DNA from: Deltaproteobacteria bacterium
GTDB lineage: Bacteria; Myxococcota_A; Polyangia; JAAYKL01
NCBI GenBank assembly: GCA_016936575.1
Contig: JAFGXQ010000013.1
Span: 2,835-66,834, forward strand
DNA length: 64,000 nt
Direction of reading: 5' to 3'
Positions 1-9,297 of this stretch are shown piece after piece. The translations under genes and the position numbers were made by a program. Within the stretch, counting starts at the first letter, position 1, and each line of letters opens with the position of its first letter. The notes beneath the pieces were generated by a model, which ran no database searches, had not been told where the DNA came from, and saw nothing but the letters and a program-made list of their open reading frames with translations.

Positions 1-231
1 CGGAGCTCGCCGATTTTGAAGACCATCATCCGACCATTCTTTTGGAATGGGGTAAAGTGACGGTCACGTGGTGGACCCACAAAATCGGCGGTGTGCATAT
101 AAATGATTTGCTGATGGCAAGGGAAACCGACGACCTATTCGCGTCGCGGATACTATAGTCTGTTTGATTTTGCAATTCATCCGATACGGTGAGAAATTCG
201 TCGCAGTAAATCGTTGAGGGTGAATTCCGGT

Positions 232-1194
232 CTACTCCGGAAATCGCGCGCAGCGAAAACCGAGATCAAACGCGGTGAGCGTTTTCACCACGCCCAAACG
301 ATAGCGGTTGTTCAACGTGGCATCATTTGCCGAGGTCATGCCGCCGCCGCGAATAACAAATGAGGTGATGACTGCGTCCCATGGCGTATCATCTGTCGGC
401 GCACCGAAATAGTCCTCATGCCAGCCATCTTCAATCCATTCCCAGACATTCCCCGAAATTTCGCATAGCCCCTGCTCGGTGAATCCATCGGTGAGTTCAC
501 ATGCATCCACCGGAATCAATTCATTGCACCAACCGAAATGAGACTCCACACATCCTTCGGGTGCCGTGTCTCCCCACGGGTACATCACGTCCTGCCCCAG
601 GTTGCGGGCGGCATATTCCCACTGCGCTTCCGAGGGCAAAAACCCTCCGGCCCATTCGCAGAAGGTACTGCTCTGCTCCCAGTCCACAAAATTCACCGCT
701 TTATCTGAATGCTCGGGCGTCCCGTAGGTACTTTCGCTTTCATCGGCACCCGCAAGTCTGGGTTCCGTACAAACATCGGCGGACACGCAGCTTCGGTATT
801 GCGCTACGGTAATTTCAGACTTTGTCATCTCGAAATCTTCGACCGTTACGGTATGTACCGGTTGCGTTGCGGTCCATTCCTGAGCACCCATATCAAACTC
901 TCCGCCGGGGATATTCACCCAGGTCAGGTCGGGGTTTCCGGTGATAATGGTTGTAGTTTCTGTTTCAGAATCGTTTTCGGTATCGCTGCCGGTGTCCAGC
1001 GGCGGCTTCCAGTCTGTTGACAGGCTGCCGGTCTCCGAGTCGGTTTCCCAGGTAAGTTCAACCGATTCGCCGACACAGTGATTGGATTCGCATCGTTCGC
1101 CGGCGGCACATTCCGATGCAAGCCGACATTCCTTGCACGAAGAAGCAAAAAAGATAAAAAACATCAATGCGAAAACGATAGCTCTGTTTTTCAT
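232..1194 (-). CDS. FGE-sulfatase (SUMF1/formylglycine-generating enzyme-like) domain lipoprotein
   Basis: 320 aa ORF. N-terminal signal peptide with lipobox (FASSC). Core resembles FGE-sulfatase/DUF323 family (NIPGGEFDMG..., WEYAAR..., GNVWEW, RGG...RYR motifs recalled from SUMF1-type proteins). Confidence 0.7.
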   Translation of the reverse strand: MKNRAIVFALMFFIFFASSCKECRLASECAAGERCESNHCVGESVELTWETDSETGSLSTDWKPPLDTGSDTENDSETETTTIITGNPDLTWVNIPGGEFDMGAQEWTATQPVHTVTVEDFEMTKSEITVAQYRSCVSADVCTEPRLAGADESESTYGTPEHSDKAVNFVDWEQSSTFCEWAGGFLPSEAQWEYAARNLGQDVMYPWGDTAPEGCVESHFGWCNELIPVDACELTDGFTEQGLCEISGNVWEWIEDGWHEDYFGAPTDDTPWDAVITSFVIRGGGMTSANDATLNNRYRLGVVKTLTAFDLGFRCARFPE

Positions 1195-1329
1195 AATAAA
1201 AAGGCTCCGGAAAAAATTTCACCTTATTATGCATCGAAGGCCAACATTTTTCAAGTCAACCTCATTACGAAAATATCTGTCGGCAGCTGCGCCGTTGACC
1301 GCAACGAAATGGATCGTCCCCCCGGAAAA

Positions 1330-1674
1330 TCATTGCTTTGACAACGTCCATGACAACACCGTCGCATCAATGGCGGGAATGGAGTCCTGCCCCGGCAGCC
1401 CCATGCCGTGGGGGTACCCGCGCTTGAATGTTACAGACAATACAGAAACCCCGTCTGAGTAGGTCGTTTCAGTTTGGTCGTACATTGAAAAAATGTTGTA
1501 GCTCGACCGCTTGCCGGTTGCCGTTTCAACCGCCTTTTCAAGTTGCTCCCTCGGCATATCCACCGAAATGGAAACCCGCTGCAACGGAGAATCCGGGGGT
1601 TCCAGGCAACCCGTTAAACCCGCCGGAGCCGAGACGATGAGAGCCACCATGAAAAGTACCCGGTACATCGCCAT
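1330..1674 (-). CDS. hypothetical small lipoprotein
   Basis: ORF 1330..1722. Likely start at internal Met giving signal peptide MAMYRVLFMVALIVSAPAGLTGC (lipobox LTGC). No recognisable domain. Confidence 0.4.
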   Translation of the reverse strand: MAMYRVLFMVALIVSAPAGLTGCLEPPDSPLQRVSISVDMPREQLEKAVETATGKRSSYNIFSMYDQTETTYSDGVSVLSVTFKRGYPHGMGLPGQDSIPAIDATVLSWTLSKQ

Positions 1675-1841
1675 TGCCTTCCTTTTTATCATATAATCGC
1701 TTCCCCCGCTCAATCTCGCCATCGCTCATATTTTTAAATTGTCGCGTTCCAATTTTATCGTAAGGAACCATTCAATTCAATTGAAACCATTTCTTGCAAT
1801 CACCAGTTGAAAACAGACGCATTGCTATGTAAAAAACAGCC

Positions 1842-2753
1842 ATGACAATACGAATCAAAATTATTATCGCCGCGTTGGGTGCACTGTTTTTTGGATGCGC
1901 CGGAGCGGGACCGACAAATTCAAGCAATGAAACATTCACGTCGAAGACGGCAACCTCCTCCCCCCTCGTTTCTGAACCGAATACACAGTACAAAGCCAAA
2001 AAACCCACACCGGTAGAGGCGACGTCATCTAAGAGCGCCGCAGGATTTGTCGGTGAGGTCGCAGCATATGTTGAGAAAGCCGTTGCGGCGAATCCGGAGG
2101 ATGCCGAGTACAACGGCTGGGGAAGAGACGAAATCGGAAACTGGAGGTTGCCGAAGTCTTGGTGCGAAGAAAGGCTTGGGGTCTCCCATTTGGTAAACGC
2201 ATGTACCATGCGCGAAACCGCCGGGGGAAAAGCCGCAGTGATTGTGGCGACCGGAGAATGTGAAGAATGGTGTGAAATTTCATCATGGTTGGTGGTTGAT
2301 GAGCAGGGCCCGATAAAGCTGCCCGAAGACACCATCGACGACATCAGCGTTGCCGCAATGATCGTGACTGCCGACATGATGTACGGCTATACCGGCGGCA
2401 TCGATATGTGCGGTCCCGGCGAATTGTGCCCTTCCCTTGTGCGGCTTAATCTGAATTCGATGAACACCACCCGGTGGTCGACGTGCGGTATGCCGTCATT
2501 TTCCCCCGATGAAAAGTGGGTACTTTGCAGAGGCGTCAGCGGCGAGGTGATGCGCATGCCTGTCGGCGGCGGCCCGTTTGAAACGATTTACCGATTGGAT
2601 TCATCTATTTCAATTGAAAGCGGTCCGGAAACCGGCCTCGCCGTGGAACCGGTGACATTTGAAAACAATACCACCATGATCATTCGAACCGGCACCCCCG
2701 ACGGCATTCGCGAAATCAAAACCCCTTGGCCCGATGTAAAAGTTGCGGATTAA
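1842..2753 (+). CDS. hypothetical lipoprotein
   Basis: 303 aa ORF with signal peptide and lipobox (ALFFGCAG). No recognisable domain. Confidence 0.5.
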   Translation: MTIRIKIIIAALGALFFGCAGAGPTNSSNETFTSKTATSSPLVSEPNTQYKAKKPTPVEATSSKSAAGFVGEVAAYVEKAVAANPEDAEYNGWGRDEIGNWRLPKSWCEERLGVSHLVNACTMRETAGGKAAVIVATGECEEWCEISSWLVVDEQGPIKLPEDTIDDISVAAMIVTADMMYGYTGGIDMCGPGELCPSLVRLNLNSMNTTRWSTCGMPSFSPDEKWVLCRGVSGEVMRMPVGGGPFETIYRLDSSISIESGPETGLAVEPVTFENNTTMIIRTGTPDGIREIKTPWPDVKVAD

Positions 2754-3121
2754 CAGATACATCAAGCAATACACTTCAAGCAAAATAGGATACAATCGTA
2801 TTCTAACGCATTTTTATCACCTGACATGAGATTATCTAAAACCGCACGGTATACTATTTTTATGGGGCGCCTTATCGCCTTGTCAGGCCAAGTATGCGCT
2901 TGCCATCGGTCTCTTCCCGCCAATTCAGAAAAACGATCCGTTGTCACCACCCGAATCGAATACGGACACTGCCGATTCTTCATCGGGTACGCCGTCAACG
3001 GATTCCCCGGAAAACACGGATAGCACAGCCAAAATTCCAGATGATCGAATATTCGATACCGATAGCAATACGGAAGAAAATGGGTCAGAAAATGGAGGCT
3101 GGATGTTGCCTGACGGTAAAA

Positions 3122-3769
3122 CTACTCGGGTGTCCTCAAGATTGCCCTCACCATTATCATGAAAAGATCCTGGGATGGTTGGTGCTTTTTCTCTTTAGGA
3201 GGAAACGTTTCGTCAAAGGGTCTGACCAGTTCTGGTTTGAACGCAAACACGTCGCTTTGTTTACACTTCCACGCTTTGTTCTCAAAGGCGTTTTCAGCCA
3301 GCGGAAGCACCAGCAACCCCAATGGATAATTGCCGTCCATGTCACTGATGTTGCAATCAATACCGTTTTTGAAGCCGTAGGGCACATAGTTATGCGGATC
3401 TCCCAAGATGGTAATGCCCGCAATATTTTTCCGGCGCAAAATATTCGCACTGTGATTCAGCAGGGCGCGACCGATGCCTTTGCGCTGATGCGCTGGATGT
3501 ACGCAAAGGGGGCCGAAACTGACAATTTCTTTTTTGCAGTTGTTTTCATCGATGAGCCACGAGCGAGTGTACATTATCATACCCACAACTTCCCCATCCA
3601 GCTCGGCCACAAACGAGAGTTCGGGCAGGTAGTCGGGGTGGTCACGGAGGATATGCACGAGATAGTGCTCGTCGCACCCGGGAAAATAGAGGTTCCAAAA
3701 TGCGTCTCGCGTAAGCTCTTCAACTGTTCTATGTTCCGATTCTGTTTCGTGACGGATGATCAACTTCAT
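3122..3769 (-). CDS. GNAT family N-acetyltransferase
   Basis: ORF 3122..3856. Probable start at MKLIIRHE. Acetyl-CoA binding motif QRKGIGRALL typical of GNAT fold. Confidence 0.7.
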   Translation of the reverse strand: MKLIIRHETESEHRTVEELTRDAFWNLYFPGCDEHYLVHILRDHPDYLPELSFVAELDGEVVGMIMYTRSWLIDENNCKKEIVSFGPLCVHPAHQRKGIGRALLNHSANILRRKNIAGITILGDPHNYVPYGFKNGIDCNISDMDGNYPLGLLVLPLAENAFENKAWKCKQSDVFAFKPELVRPFDETFPPKEKKHQPSQDLFMIMVRAILRTPE

Positions 3770-3892
3770 TCGGCACTCCTTGTCCTGACCTTGCGATGAT
3801 CTTAAACCTATATAATGATAAAATCTTTTCCGCCCGTCCGTACACTCTTGTTTCACAAACGGATTTGCTTCTTCTCGTATCGTGAGAGAATC

Positions 3893-5788
3893 CTACTCCG
3901 CGACAATCTGGCGGCAGGAGGCAGGGCAGGTTTTGTCGTTGAGGGTATTGCCGTCGTCGCAGTCTTCGAAACCTTCCTGCACGATGCCGTCACCGCAGTA
4001 TTCGTCCATTTTGCAGTTTTCGCCGCATTCCCCGTAGCCGCCGTCGTTAACGCCGTCATCGCATTCTTCGCCGATACCGATTTCGCCGTCGCCGCATACC
4101 GGTCGACACTCCGAGCGGGAGGTGCTGAAACCGCTGAGGGTCAACTTGTAGCTTGAACCGTTGGTCTGCCGTTCCGCCTGGAACACAACAATTTCATAAA
4201 CCTTTCCATCTTCCAGTCCCAGGTCGTTGATGGTCACGCTGCTCTCCAACGGAATATGCACGCCGCCCAAATCCACTTCCAGTCGTCCGTTGATAAATAC
4301 CCATACGTCATCATCGCCCAGGAACGTAAGCACCTGCTGTTTGCCGGCGTCGTATTTGAACCAGAAACGCACCTCGCTGGTAAAATGGAAATTGTGCGAG
4401 AGACTGTAGCCGTCGGGAAGGGCTAAACCCGCCTCTTCGGTGGCAACATCTTCAGCCTGCCAATTGGCGTAGGGCGGTGCGGTGCCGGCGGTACCGTATT
4501 CACTGGTGGCCGTTGTGCCCAGCCCGTCCAGCGGGAAGAAGAAGGGGTCACCGTCAAACTTCTCAATGGAAGCGCAGCAGTACGAACCGGCGGAACCGCG
4601 GCACGCGTCGGTGTAAATATCTGCACAATTGTTACAGTTGCTCGCATTGGTGAGATCACACCACTCTCCGTCGCTTTCATTGCAGCACCAATCTCCCCAC
4701 ACCCACAACTGCCACTGCTCCCCGTCGTCTCCCCAGCGGTTACAGAAGTCACCGGTTCCGGTGGCATACAATTTGAGTGACGACACAACAATCGCGCTTT
4801 TGTCGGAATGGTCGTACCAGTCTTCAAACGCATCTGAGTAGCCGCACGCGGTTTTCAATGTGCCGTCGGTGTCGTTCTCGCCCCCATACCCTTCGGTCAC
4901 TTCTTTGAGGAATACAGGTTTGCCGGCTGAGTTCAGTTCGTCCTGAATCATTCCGGTGGCTATGCCGTCACAGCCGGTCAGGTTCCGTTCAAAGTCCGGA
5001 TGACTCGACGAAAAATCCTTATACACAACCGGAACCTCAATCATCCCCGTCGCCACATCGGGCTGGGTGCAGGTGTAACCGGGTTCCTCGATACAGTCGG
5101 CGCTGCAGCCGTCGCCGCTCGTATTGTTGCCGTCGTCGCATTCCTCATCGATAATGAGGCCGTCACCACAGCTCGACGTACAGCCGGCGGTACCGGCACA
5201 CACGGGCTCCAACTGGCAATTAATATCACAACCGTCCGCCGGAAGCGTGTTGCCGTCGTCACAGGTTTCGGCGCCTTCAAGAATGTTGTCGCCGCAAACG
5301 GTGGGTACGCATGTACTGGGGCTGGCGCCGTCGCATTTGTACCCCACTTCAACCATACACAAGTCGTTGCAGCCGTCGCCACGGGTGATATTGCTGTCGT
5401 CGCATTGCTCGGGAAAAATGATAACGCCGTCACCGCAAAGCGCTACCGGGTGACAGGGTTGTCCGGGAGGGTTACACGACCATCCTTCCTGCACCAGACG
5501 GCAGTTGCCCGAGCAACCGTCGCCATCTTCCATGTTTCCGTCGTCGCAGGCTTCGTCCGAGTTCAGCTCTCCGTCACCGCAGTTTTCTGTGGGCGGAAGA
5601 TTCTCAATGTACTCGGTGGAGTCGGTGTCCGATGTTGCGGGGTCGGTGCCATCGGTATCGTTCGGGTTGTTGTCTCTACCGGTGCCCAATGCCTGATCTT
5701 TTTCGCAATGCAGGGCGAGCACGGCAACACATAAAATCAGTAATGCGTGGTCAATGCGTAGCAATTTAACGTACCTCATATGTTTCAA
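3893..5788 (-). CDS. secreted cysteine-rich repeat protein (Myxococcus-type CxxxCDDGN repeats) with central PA14/fibro-slime-like domain
   Basis: 631 aa. Signal peptide with lipobox-like ALHC. At least eight CGDG...E.CDDGN repeats. Central segment (…VRFWFKYDAG…TFLGDDDVWVFINGRLEVDLGGVH…) resembles PA14/fibro-slime domain. Confidence 0.7.
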   Translation of the reverse strand: MKHMRYVKLLRIDHALLILCVAVLALHCEKDQALGTGRDNNPNDTDGTDPATSDTDSTEYIENLPPTENCGDGELNSDEACDDGNMEDGDGCSGNCRLVQEGWSCNPPGQPCHPVALCGDGVIIFPEQCDDSNITRGDGCNDLCMVEVGYKCDGASPSTCVPTVCGDNILEGAETCDDGNTLPADGCDINCQLEPVCAGTAGCTSSCGDGLIIDEECDDGNNTSGDGCSADCIEEPGYTCTQPDVATGMIEVPVVYKDFSSSHPDFERNLTGCDGIATGMIQDELNSAGKPVFLKEVTEGYGGENDTDGTLKTACGYSDAFEDWYDHSDKSAIVVSSLKLYATGTGDFCNRWGDDGEQWQLWVWGDWCCNESDGEWCDLTNASNCNNCADIYTDACRGSAGSYCCASIEKFDGDPFFFPLDGLGTTATSEYGTAGTAPPYANWQAEDVATEEAGLALPDGYSLSHNFHFTSEVRFWFKYDAGKQQVLTFLGDDDVWVFINGRLEVDLGGVHIPLESSVTINDLGLEDGKVYEIVVFQAERQTNGSSYKLTLSGFSTSRSECRPVCGDGEIGIGEECDDGVNDGGYGECGENCKMDEYCGDGIVQEGFEDCDDGNTLNDKTCPASCRQIVAE

Positions 5789-6010
5789 ACTAAGTTAAGG
5801 GCAATCGTTTTTACTCGATCACCGCCTCAAATTCCCCCCAAAACAAAAAGAATGACGAGAATTCAGTTCAATACGGTTCATTTATATCATATATTGCATG
5901 TTTGTTTTGAATAAAAGACAGGTACAAAGTGGAATCGCGTTCTCGTTCGTTCTTCTCTAAGTAAAAAAATCAACTGTTTTTAAAATTCTTGGAAAGTTAT
6001 ACCAACCCCG

Positions 6011-6694
6011 ATGACACCGCTAAACACCGATTTTTCAGCCGTTCAATATATCTTGTGGGACAACGACGGAGTGTTGGTCGATACCGAACAATACTACTAC
6101 GAGGCAGGTCGCATGGTGCTGGAAGCAATCGGCATCGCGCTTTCGGTGTCGCAGTTCAAAGAGCGCTCCCTCCGCCTGGGGCATTCCGTATTCGATGTGG
6201 CGCGGGAAGCCGGATGCTCAGAAGAAGAATGTGCCACACTGCGCGCCCGAAGAGATACCCTGTACGACAACTTTCTACGTTCCGCAGCGCTGTTGATTCC
6301 CGGCGTTTCGGATGTGGTGAAACGCTGTGCCGCCCGTTTTCGCATGTGCATTGTCAGTTCCAGCATGAAACCCAATTTTCACGCCATCCATTCGCGCACG
6401 GGCGATCTGTTGTCCTATTTCGATTTTCAGTTGCTCAACGGCGACTATCCCCGCGCCAAACCCCACCCGGACCCGTGGATGGTCGCCGTGAATCGATTCA
6501 ACGCTGCGCCGCATCAATGTCTGGTAATCGAAGATTCTCCGCGGGGCATTCAGGCCGCCAAAGCTGCAAACATTCGGGTTGTCGCGGTGGAATCACGATT
6601 CTTCACCGCAACGGATCTGGCTCCGTACCTGGAAACGACAGACCGTTGCCTCTCGTCGATCGCAGCGTTGCCCGCACTACTGGGTATCCGTTGA
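6011..6694 (+). CDS. HAD-IA family hydrolase (beta-phosphoglucomutase-like)
   Basis: 227 aa. Motif I DNDGVLVDTE (DxDGxxxD). Other conserved HAD motifs present. Confidence 0.8.
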   Translation: MTPLNTDFSAVQYILWDNDGVLVDTEQYYYEAGRMVLEAIGIALSVSQFKERSLRLGHSVFDVAREAGCSEEECATLRARRDTLYDNFLRSAALLIPGVSDVVKRCAARFRMCIVSSSMKPNFHAIHSRTGDLLSYFDFQLLNGDYPRAKPHPDPWMVAVNRFNAAPHQCLVIEDSPRGIQAAKAANIRVVAVESRFFTATDLAPYLETTDRCLSSIAALPALLGIR

Positions 6695-6705
6695 AAAACT
6701 GACCG

Positions 6706-7206
6706 TCAGGTGGGCTGGTCACCGCGGGCCATGAGCACTTTGCCGGTGCGGACAAGTTCGACCACCTCAAAGGAGCGAATCATCCGGATAAATGCAGCCA
6801 CTTTTTCGGAAGCGCCGGTCGACATGATAATCATCGACGTATCGGTCAAATCGACGGTCTTGCAGGCGAAATGCTCCACAATCTGCAGCACTTCCATGCG
6901 ACGTTCCGCCTCTACCCTCACCTTCACCAGCGCCAACTCGCGCACGACCGCAGTATCATCGGCGTGCTCCATGCACGAAATGACGTCCACCAGTTTTCCT
7001 ACCTGCCTGACAATTTGCTCCAGTCCTTCAGAAGCGCCGCTCAACCCGATGGTCATTCGCGAAAAATCCCCGTCGTTCGCCGGCGATACCACGAGCGACT
7101 CAATGTTGTATCCGCGCCTTGAAAACACCTGAGCGATTCGCGCCAGCACCCCCGGGCGATTGGCTACATAAACGCTCAACGTATGTGTATGCTGTTCAAA
7201 TGACAT
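6706..7206 (-). CDS. ilvN: acetolactate synthase small (regulatory) subunit
   Basis: 166 aa. ACT domain start LSVYVANRPGVLARIAQVFSRRGYNIESL typical of IlvN/IlvH. Immediately downstream of the large subunit gene. Confidence 0.85.
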   Translation of the reverse strand: MSFEQHTHTLSVYVANRPGVLARIAQVFSRRGYNIESLVVSPANDGDFSRMTIGLSGASEGLEQIVRQVGKLVDVISCMEHADDTAVVRELALVKVRVEAERRMEVLQIVEHFACKTVDLTDTSMIIMSTGASEKVAAFIRMIRSFEVVELVRTGKVLMARGDQPT

Positions 7207-7222
7207 TCCTACCTCCTCATTC

Positions 7223-8956
7223 TCAGGTCGACCCTGTGGGCTTGCTCAGTTTTGTTTTGGGCCTCTCGATGAGCATATCTTCGAGCGGTCGCCCCGCGGG
7301 AATCATGGGGAACACATTTTCGGTTTTTTCACATTCGGCGTTAATGACACAGGGGCCGTCGTTGTAGTCCATGGCGCGCTGAAGTATCTTTCGAATATCT
7401 GCGGTTCGTTTCAGCGTAACCCCCTTCGCCCCCGGATAACTGTCAGCCAATTTGGCAAAATCCGGATTGCCCGCAAGGTCCACACCGCTTTCGCGATCGT
7501 CGTAAAACAGCTCCTGCCATTGGCGTACCATTCCCAGATAATGGTTGTTCAACACCAATATCTTGATGGGCAGTTTGTTCACGCACGCGGTGGCCAGCTC
7601 GCACAGGGTCATCTGAAAACCGCCGTCGCCCACGATGGCCCACACCTGTTCTTTCGGTCTGCCGAACTGAGCGCCGATTGCCGCGGGAAATCCGAACCCC
7701 ATGGTGCCGGCCCCCCCGGACCCGATAAAATCCCTGGGGCGCGACGTGCGTAAAAACTGGGCGGCCCACATCTGATGCTGCCCCACATCGGTGGTGACCA
7801 CAATGTTTCCACCGGTCATCTGATACAGTTCAACCAATATCTGCTGCGGTTTCAGACCGGCCTGTTTTCCGTACCGAAGCGGATATTTCGTTTTAAAGCC
7901 GTCTACCCGACGCAACCAATCCGCGGTATCGAGTGCACTCACATGCTTGAGCAGCTCCTGCAAAACCGCCTTGGCATCACCCACGCACGAATGATGCACC
8001 TTAATCATCTTGTCGATTTCGGCTTCGTCCACATCAATGTGTATCCGAACCGCGTCTTTGCAAAAGCGTGACGCCTGGCCGATAATGCGATCATCAAACC
8101 TGGAGCCTATCGACATAATCAAATCACATTCCACCACCGCCTTATTCGCATAGGCGGTTCCGTGCATGCCCAGCATCCCGAGGCTGAGCGGATGGGTTTC
8201 AGGAATCACCCCTTTGCCCAGAAACGTTGTGGTCACCGGCGCCTGAATGGTTTCGGCCAGCTGCACCACTTCTTTTTCCGCCCGCGAAATCAGCGCACCG
8301 TGCCCCGCGAGTATCACCGGACGCGAAGAATGCTGAATCGCTTCGGCAATGGCTTTCACGTCATCAATATTCACTTCACGGAACGGATAATACCCCGGCA
8401 GATTCATCGGCGGGTCCAACTCTCCGGTGAATGCCCCCGCGCTGATATCTTTGGGCAAATCCCTCAACACGGGCCCCGGTCGCCCGGTCACCGCAATATG
8501 AAATGCTTCTTTCACCACGCGTGGAATGTCATTGGGGTCTTTCAGCAGGTAGCTGTGTTTCACCACCGGCATCGTCAATCCGAATACATCGGCCTCCTGA
8601 AACGCGTCTTTCCCGATCATCGATGAAATCGTCTGCCCGGTTAAAATGATCATGGGCACTGAGTCCATGTGCGCGGTCATAATACCTGTAATGGTATTCG
8701 TCGCACCGGGGCCGCTGGTCACCAGAACCACCCCCGGTTTCCCCGTGGCCCGTGCATACCCGTCGGCCATGTGGGCGGCGCCCTGCTCGTGGCGAACCAG
8801 AATCAGCTGAATCTTGGTTTCAATTGTAATCAGCGCGTCAAAAATCGGAATGGCGCTCCCGCCGGACAATCCGAAAATATATTCAACGCCTTGTGCTTCC
8901 AGACATTTCACCAACGCCTGGGCACCATCCATTGAACTTTTTGGGCTTTCGCTCAT
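7223..8956 (-). CDS. ilvB: acetolactate synthase large subunit (biosynthetic, TPP-dependent)
   Basis: ORF 7223..9001. Probable start MSESPKS. TPP-binding motif GDGGFQMT. FAD/TPP enzyme architecture. ilvB-ilvN order. Confidence 0.9.
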   Translation of the reverse strand: MSESPKSSMDGAQALVKCLEAQGVEYIFGLSGGSAIPIFDALITIETKIQLILVRHEQGAAHMADGYARATGKPGVVLVTSGPGATNTITGIMTAHMDSVPMIILTGQTISSMIGKDAFQEADVFGLTMPVVKHSYLLKDPNDIPRVVKEAFHIAVTGRPGPVLRDLPKDISAGAFTGELDPPMNLPGYYPFREVNIDDVKAIAEAIQHSSRPVILAGHGALISRAEKEVVQLAETIQAPVTTTFLGKGVIPETHPLSLGMLGMHGTAYANKAVVECDLIMSIGSRFDDRIIGQASRFCKDAVRIHIDVDEAEIDKMIKVHHSCVGDAKAVLQELLKHVSALDTADWLRRVDGFKTKYPLRYGKQAGLKPQQILVELYQMTGGNIVVTTDVGQHQMWAAQFLRTSRPRDFIGSGGAGTMGFGFPAAIGAQFGRPKEQVWAIVGDGGFQMTLCELATACVNKLPIKILVLNNHYLGMVRQWQELFYDDRESGVDLAGNPDFAKLADSYPGAKGVTLKRTADIRKILQRAMDYNDGPCVINAECEKTENVFPMIPAGRPLEDMLIERPKTKLSKPTGST

Positions 8957-9297
8957 TTTCTTACCTCTCAAATCAAAATCCATTGCAACAAACGCATGCA
9001 ACTCAATGAGTAATACCCATTAAATATCAAAAAGCAACAAAATTAACAAATATAATCGTTTTCAATTTCTTTTTTTTAATTTTTTATCACAAAACAGCCA
9101 AACAGAAACGCATAACGAAATAACAAATCAACAGTTTTTTACCACAACACTATCAACATTATCAATTGAACCGTGCTTGTCCGCAACTCGAACACTGGGC
9201 CGCAGAAAATGGGGTCGCCGCTCTTTACCCCTGTATCGTGGTGACTACCCTGTCGCTTGACGGCGGCCCCGTAAGGCCGTGCAAAGGAGGTATCATC

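Noticed and set aside
2826-3162. Two short overlapping + strand ORFs (65 and 73 aa; the second very D/S/T-rich) between the 1842 lipoprotein and the GNAT gene
   Set aside because: No signal peptide or RBS support. Could be a decayed stalk-lipoprotein remnant, but evidence is insufficient.
2894-3799. 301 aa ORF on + strand overlapping the GNAT gene
   Set aside because: Antisense to a gene with a clear acetyl-CoA-binding motif. No recognisable features.
5000-5734. 244 aa + strand ORF inside the Cys-rich repeat protein gene
   Set aside because: Antisense artefact (Ala/Val/Thr-rich).
9001-9297. CIRCE/HrcA operator or sigma-32 promoter upstream of dnaK
   Set aside because: No convincing match to either consensus by eye.
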